From NCBI GenBank assembly GCA_964533125.1, contig CAZHIT010000001.1, positions 1 through 28,966 on the forward strand: 28,966 nt of DNA, given 5' to 3'. The notes beneath the pieces are model-generated. The model had not been told where the DNA came from, searched no databases, and saw nothing but the letters and a program-made list of their open reading frames with translations. Positions 24,942-28,966 of this stretch are shown piece after piece (within the stretch, counting starts at the first letter, position 1; the number at the start of each line of letters is the position of its first letter). The translations under genes and the position numbers were made by a program. The DNA is from an uncultured Candidatus Sumerlaeota bacterium (lineage in GTDB: Bacteria > Bacillota > SLNR01 > JBMNPB01).

Positions 24942-25373
24942 ATGCTGAAAGAGTTCAAGACCTTCATTATGCGGGGCAATGCCTTTGACCTGGCGGTTGG
25001 GATTATCATCGGCGGGGTGTTTGGGAAGATCATTACTTCCTTGGTCAACGATGTGCTGATGCCGCCCATCGGGATGATCCTGGGTAAGGTTGATTTTACG
25101 AACCTGTTTGTCAGTCTGGACGGCAACGCGTACGGCTCCCTGGCGGCCGCCAAGGAAGCAGGGGCGGCGACTCTGAACTACGGTCTGTTCATCAATCAAA
25201 TTGTGGATTTCCTCATTACCGCTTTCGTGGTCTTCCTGCTGGTCCGGCAGGTGAACCGTCTCAAACCCAAACCGGTGGAAGCGCCGGTGACGACCAAGGA
25301 ATGCCCGTTCTGCTATTCGGCTATTCCCTTAAAAGCCAGCCGCTGCCCCAGCTGCACCTCACAGCTGTCCTGA
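24942..25373 (+). CDS. mscL: Large-conductance mechanosensitive channel with C-terminal CxxC...CxxC tail
   Basis: [43 protein letters not shown]; [13 protein letters not shown]; tail CPFC...CPSC. Confidence 0.96.
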   Translation: MLKEFKTFIMRGNAFDLAVGIIIGGVFGKIITSLVNDVLMPPIGMILGKVDFTNLFVSLDGNAYGSLAAAKEAGAATLNYGLFINQIVDFLITAFVVFLLVRQVNRLKPKPVEAPVTTKECPFCYSAIPLKASRCPSCTSQLS

Positions 25374-25406
25374 GAGACTACACGGTTCGTTAGCAGTAAA
25401 GCAAAT

Positions 25407-25438
25407 ACTCCTTCCATCCAAGGGAGGAGTTTTTGTTT
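25407..25438 (+). terminator. Intrinsic terminator after mscL
   Basis: ACTCCTTCC/GGGAGGAGT stem followed by TTTTGTTT. Confidence 0.8.
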
Positions 25439-25558
25439 GCCGGAGAATCGTCACTCTGCCGGTGTTCTTTGGGGCCGGCGGCGGAAGGCGGTCTGGAACC
25501 ATAAGCAAAGCGGTGGCTGGGCACACTAAGGGGTGATTGACTTGCATGTTGGCGGTGA

Positions 25559-25825
25559 ATGGTCTTGGAAAGGGGCGGGGTAAGCGTGGAAACAGTGTGC
25601 CCGGTCTGCAATGGGTTAACGGAAATAGCGCCGGTTTGTCCCCGCTGCGGCCAGGTGATGGAGGATGGCGGGCGGCGGCAGGATTTGGCCGGGCCGTACA
25701 GCCCGTATATGGAACCGGTGTCTGCGGGTTTGATTTCGGATACGGCGGAGCCCTGTGTGCATTTATACTTTTGCCCGGTTTGCCATACGGACCGGCGGGT
25801 CGCCGTCAGCCGGGTGTTGGTATGA
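25559..25825 (+). CDS. Small Cys-rich putative zinc-binding protein of unknown function
   Basis: CPVC, CPRC, CVH, CPVC and GPYSPYME; start ATG 25559 or GTG 25586. Confidence 0.7.
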   Translation: MVLERGGVSVETVCPVCNGLTEIAPVCPRCGQVMEDGGRRQDLAGPYSPYMEPVSAGLISDTAEPCVHLYFCPVCHTDRRVAVSRVLV

Positions 25826-25935
25826 TCCGCGGCGGGCGCAGGATTAGCCGGGCGGTCAGCGAATCCTAGACGGTATAAGGGTGAGAGAAGGAGGAGCGGC
25901 CGGGCCCCGGATTTGGATGCCCGGCTCAAGTATGC

Positions 25936-26787
25936 ATGGAGAAGACACCGGTTTATTGTTTTGGCGCCCATCTCTCGATCGCGGGCGGATGGGCCGCCGC
26001 AGTGGAGAGCGCCGTGGATATCGGGGCCAACACCTTTCAGTTCTTTACCCGCAATCCCCGGGGAGCGAAGTCCAAGGCGCCGGACGAGAGCGACATAGAA
26101 CGGACACGGCAGCTTTTGGCGGAGCACCGCTTCGGGCCGCCGGTGGGGCATGCACCTTACATCGTTAACCTGGCGGCGGCGGAGGAAAGAACCCGGGAGC
26201 TGGCGATCCGGATCCTCCAGGAGGATTTGGCGAAAATTGAGCGAATCGGTTGCCCGTACCTGGTGGTGCACCCCGGAAGCCATGTGGGGGCCGGAGTAGA
26301 GGTGGGAATTGAGCGGATCACGGACTCCCTGGATCAGGTCCTGGCCGGGCCGGGGACGGCGAAAGTATTGCTGGAGACCATGGCGGGCATGGGGAGCGAG
26401 GTTGGCTCCACCTTCGAGGAACTGGAGGCGATTATCGCTGGGTCCGCCGTCCCGGAACGGATTGGGGTTTGCCTCGATACCTGCCATATACACGCCGCCG
26501 GCTATGCGGTCCGGGATGGGTTTGGAGCTACTCTGGACCGCTTTGACCAAGTGATCGGCCTATCGCGTCTGCACGCTATGCACTTAAACGACAGCCGTTT
26601 TCCGGCCGGCGCGAAAAAAGACCGGCACGCCGATTGGGGGGAGGGGAGCATCGGGAGGAAAGGTATCGCCGCGGTGCTGGGCGACCGCCGCCTAGCCGGT
26701 TTGCCGATGATTCTGGAGACCCCAGGGGGCTTGGAGACCTGGCGGACGGACCTAGAGTACCTCCGGTTATTAGTGGAAGGGAACTAA
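25936..26787 (+). CDS. nfo: Endonuclease IV (AP endonuclease)
   Basis: GAHLSIAGG, HAPYIVNL, HPGSH, ETMAG, DTCH, HLNDS, DRHA, ETP zinc-ligand motifs. Confidence 0.95.
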   Translation: MEKTPVYCFGAHLSIAGGWAAAVESAVDIGANTFQFFTRNPRGAKSKAPDESDIERTRQLLAEHRFGPPVGHAPYIVNLAAAEERTRELAIRILQEDLAKIERIGCPYLVVHPGSHVGAGVEVGIERITDSLDQVLAGPGTAKVLLETMAGMGSEVGSTFEELEAIIAGSAVPERIGVCLDTCHIHAAGYAVRDGFGATLDRFDQVIGLSRLHAMHLNDSRFPAGAKKDRHADWGEGSIGRKGIAAVLGDRRLAGLPMILETPGGLETWRTDLEYLRLLVEGN

Positions 26788-26853
26788 TCCTGGAGGGCTG
26801 AATGACCCGGGAAGGCAGTTTTCTGGCCGTTGTGGGTCTAAACCACCTCGTTT

Positions 26854-26883
26854 GCAGGATAATGGTTGCGGGATGTGCAATTC
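26854..26883 (+). promoter_or_regulatory. Possible sigmaH-type promoter upstream of pfk
   Basis: GCAGGATAA-12 nt-GTGCAATTC; one mismatch to the recalled RNAGGAWWW-N11/12-RNNGAATWW consensus. Confidence 0.3.
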
Positions 26884-26912
26884 TAGCACCAGTCTGGTTA
26901 GGAGGGATGCAC

Positions 26913-28010
26913 ATGGCCGAGGAGATGGTCGGGAAACGCATCGGGGTGCTGACCGGCGGGGGCGATGCCCCGGGCCTAAACGCGGTGTTGCGGGCGGTGG
27001 TGAAGACGGCCGTCGGGCGGTACGGGATGGAGGTCTACGGGTTTACGGACGGCTTCAATGGTTTGGTTCTGGGGCAATACCGGCGGCTGACGGAAGCGGA
27101 TGTGGCGGGCATTTTGCCCCGGGGCGGGACCATTTTGGGGACGACCAACCGGGATAATCCATTCCGGTTCCTGGTGCGGGAAGACGGCCGGGAGGAGTAC
27201 CGGGACTGCTCGGACCGGGTTATCGCCAACATGCGGGAGCTAAACCTCTCGGCCCTCGTCGTCATCGGGGGAGACGGGAGCCTCAGCATCGGCCGGGACC
27301 TGTATAACCTCGGGGTGCCGGTGGTGGGGGTGCCCAAGACGATTGACAACGATCTTTCCGCTACGGACTATACCTTTGGCTTTGACACCGCCCTGACTAC
27401 GGCCACGGAGGCGATCGACCGCCTGCATACCACGGCGGAGTCGCACCACCGGGTGATGGTGCTGGAAGTGATGGGCCGGTACGCCGGCTGGATTGCCGTG
27501 GCCGCCGGGATAGCCGGAGGCGCGGATGTAGTGCTGATTCCGGAGATCCCCTTTGGCTACGCGAGCATCGAAGCCAAGATCCGGGAGCGGCAGGCCCGGG
27601 GCCGGCATTTTAGTATCGTGGTGGCCGCCGAAGGGGCAAAGCCCAGCGGCGGGGATATGGTCGTGCGCCGGCTGGTTAAGGATAGTCCGGAGCCGATTCG
27701 GCTGGGCGGGATTGGGGAAAAGGTGGCGGCGGAACTGGAGCTCCGCTTGGGCGTAGAGACCAGGGTGACGGTGTTGGGCCATTTGCAGCGGGGCGGCAGC
27801 CCAACTCCCTTTGACCGGATTTTGGCAACCCGCTGCGGCGTGGCCGCCGTGGACCTGGTCCGGCGGGGAGAATTTGGCCGGATGGTCGCCCTGCAGACGC
27901 CGGCGATAGTATCGGTGTCGTTGGCGGAAGCGCTCCGGCCAAAGCAGGTGGCTCCGGAGGGCGAAATGGTGCACGCGGCCCGGTCGGTGGGAATCAGCTT
28001 TGGGGACTGA
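26913..28010 (+). CDS. pfkA: 6-phosphofructokinase, group III (mixed-substrate clade), probably ATP-dependent
   Basis: TGGGDAPGLNA, GGTILGT, GGDGS, PKTIDND, EVMGR, LGHLQRGG; ATG 26913 after AGGAGG. Confidence 0.93.
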   Translation: MAEEMVGKRIGVLTGGGDAPGLNAVLRAVVKTAVGRYGMEVYGFTDGFNGLVLGQYRRLTEADVAGILPRGGTILGTTNRDNPFRFLVREDGREEYRDCSDRVIANMRELNLSALVVIGGDGSLSIGRDLYNLGVPVVGVPKTIDNDLSATDYTFGFDTALTTATEAIDRLHTTAESHHRVMVLEVMGRYAGWIAVAAGIAGGADVVLIPEIPFGYASIEAKIRERQARGRHFSIVVAAEGAKPSGGDMVVRRLVKDSPEPIRLGGIGEKVAAELELRLGVETRVTVLGHLQRGGSPTPFDRILATRCGVAAVDLVRRGEFGRMVALQTPAIVSVSLAEALRPKQVAPEGEMVHAARSVGISFGD

Positions 28011-28027
28011 AGCAGGGAGGGAGAGGG

Positions 28028-28543
28028 ATGGAGAGCAAGCGGCGGCGGGAGAAACTGCTGGCCCGCCTGGGAGAAACCGAAAGACCCCTGACGGGCGCCG
28101 ATTTGGCCCAGCAATTGCAGGTGAGCCGGCAGGTGATTGTGCAGGACATCGCCATTTTGCGGGCGGGGGGAGCGAACATTCTGGCGACGCCCCAAGGGTA
28201 TTTGCTGCCGTCGCCCCCGGGTGGGGTGCAACGGACTTTTGCCTGCATCCATCCATATGAGGGCATCGAAGCTGAACTCCAGATGATCATTGACCTGGGC
28301 GGCAAGGTGGTGGATGTGGTGGTGGAGCATCCCCTGTACGGGGAGTTGCGGGGTTTGTTGATGCTCGGTTCCCGGAGCGACCTGGCGGAGTTCATGGCGA
28401 GCCTGCAGACGACCAAGGCACAGCCGCTCTCGACCCTGACCGGCGGGGTTCACCTGCACACGGTGACGGCGGCGAAGGAAGCAACGCTCGCACGCATCGG
28501 CGCGGCGCTGGCGGCGGCCGGTTATTTGCTGCCCGGTGATTGA
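28028..28543 (+). CDS. niaR: Niacin-responsive transcriptional repressor (HTH + 3H domain)
   Basis: VSRQVIVQDIAILRA, ATPQGY, VVDVVVEHPLYGEL, LTGGVHLHTV. Confidence 0.93.
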   Translation: MESKRRREKLLARLGETERPLTGADLAQQLQVSRQVIVQDIAILRAGGANILATPQGYLLPSPPGGVQRTFACIHPYEGIEAELQMIIDLGGKVVDVVVEHPLYGELRGLLMLGSRSDLAEFMASLQTTKAQPLSTLTGGVHLHTVTAAKEATLARIGAALAAAGYLLPGD

Positions 28544-28568
28544 CACGGCGCTGAAGGAGGCGTACAAT
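28540..28568 (+). promoter_or_regulatory. sigmaA promoter for niaX whose -35 contains the niaR stop codon
   Basis: TTGACA (28540-28545)-17 nt-TACAAT (28563-28568). Confidence 0.8.
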
Positions 28569-28577
28569 AAAGACAAG

Positions 28578-28597
28578 ACAGATGACAAGACACTAAG
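28578..28597 (+). promoter_or_regulatory. Candidate NiaR operator
   Basis: ACAGATGACAAGACACTAAG resembles the recalled imperfect palindrome ACAGGTGTCxxGACACCTGT; lies between -10 and RBS of niaX. Confidence 0.55.
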
Positions 28598-28609
28598 GAG
28601 GCGGACGGG

Positions 28610-28966
28610 GTGAAAAGCAAGGAAATGGTCATCGGCGGGCTGTTGACCGCTCTGGCCATCATCATTCCCCTGGCGTTTGGGGGCGTGCTGGGAGTAGTGA
28701 TCCCGCCGTTTTCCGCGACGCTGGCCTCTCATGTGCCGATATTGCTCTCGATGCTGGTGAGCCCGCTCGCGGCGGTGCTGGTGGGACTCGGCTCCGCGCT
28801 CGGCTTCTTCCTCAAACTCGGTCCGGTGGTGGCGGCCCGGGCGGCCATGCACGCGGTGTTTGGGTATACCGGGGCCAGGCTGTTCCAGAGCGGAATGCCC
28901 TATACCCGGGTGCTGCTGCTGATGGCGCCCCTGCATGGGCTGCTGGAGGCCATTATCATCGTTCCC
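28610..28966 (+). CDS. niaX: ECF transporter S component for niacin (5' partial, runs off the window)
   Basis: MKSKEMVIGGLLTALAIIIP...PPFSATLASHVP...AARAAMH; adjacent to niaR; GTG after AAGGAGG. Not in the ORF track because it has no stop in the window. Confidence 0.85.
   Translation, partial: MKSKEMVIGGLLTALAIIIPLAFGGVLGVVIPPFSATLASHVPILLSMLVSPLAAVLVGLGSALGFFLKLGPVVAARAAMHAVFGYTGARLFQSGMPYTRVLLLMAPLHGLLEAIIIVP

Noticed and set aside
25888-25936. Strong RBS (AAGGAGG) not followed by a start, suggesting an nfo frameshift or upstream peptide
   Set aside because: nfo is intact from ATG 25936 with its N-terminal GAH motif; nearest alternative starts are poorly spaced and give non-protein-like ORFs
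82-28936. Many long antisense or alternate-frame ORFs in the track (e.g. 82-1326, 5328-6590, 15891-17075, 22826-23737, 27557-28936)
   Set aside because: Shadows of real GC-rich genes; no recognisable motifs or RBS, Arg/Pro-rich composition

Overview
High-GC chromosomal segment (roughly 60-65% GC by eye) of what is most likely an endospore-forming Bacillota. This is inferred from a T-box leader, a YhcV-like CBS gene with a sigmaF/sigmaG-type promoter, and niaR-niaX. Almost all genes are on the + strand. In order: ZIP transporter, Nif3-like protein, ThrRS-N-terminal/uridine-kinase fusion, a MOP-superfamily transporter colinear with animal ANKH, CBS protein, ferredoxin, spermidine-synthase-like methyltransferase, a short AT-rich unexplained patch and an ABC-F ATPase. 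Next comes a minus-strand molybdoenzyme module in which a DmsC-type membrane anchor is fused in frame to a DmsA-type catalytic subunit with no Tat signal, followed by DmsB. Then: acetamidase/formamidase, a His-specific T-box and a complete hisZGDCBHAF(IE)K operon (HisIE carries an 11x hexapeptide repeat insert), a signal-less triple-BON protein behind a strong promoter and a ~160 nt structured leader, 2-hydroxyacid dehydrogenase, mscL, a Cys-rich small protein, nfo, group III pfk, niaR and the start of niaX. No CRISPR array, rRNA, tRNA or intact mobile element was seen. All family assignments are motif recognition from memory; no database search was run. The best candidates for something undescribed are the DmsC-DmsA fusion complex, the bacterial ANKH-like exporter and its gene cluster, and the BON gene with its leader.
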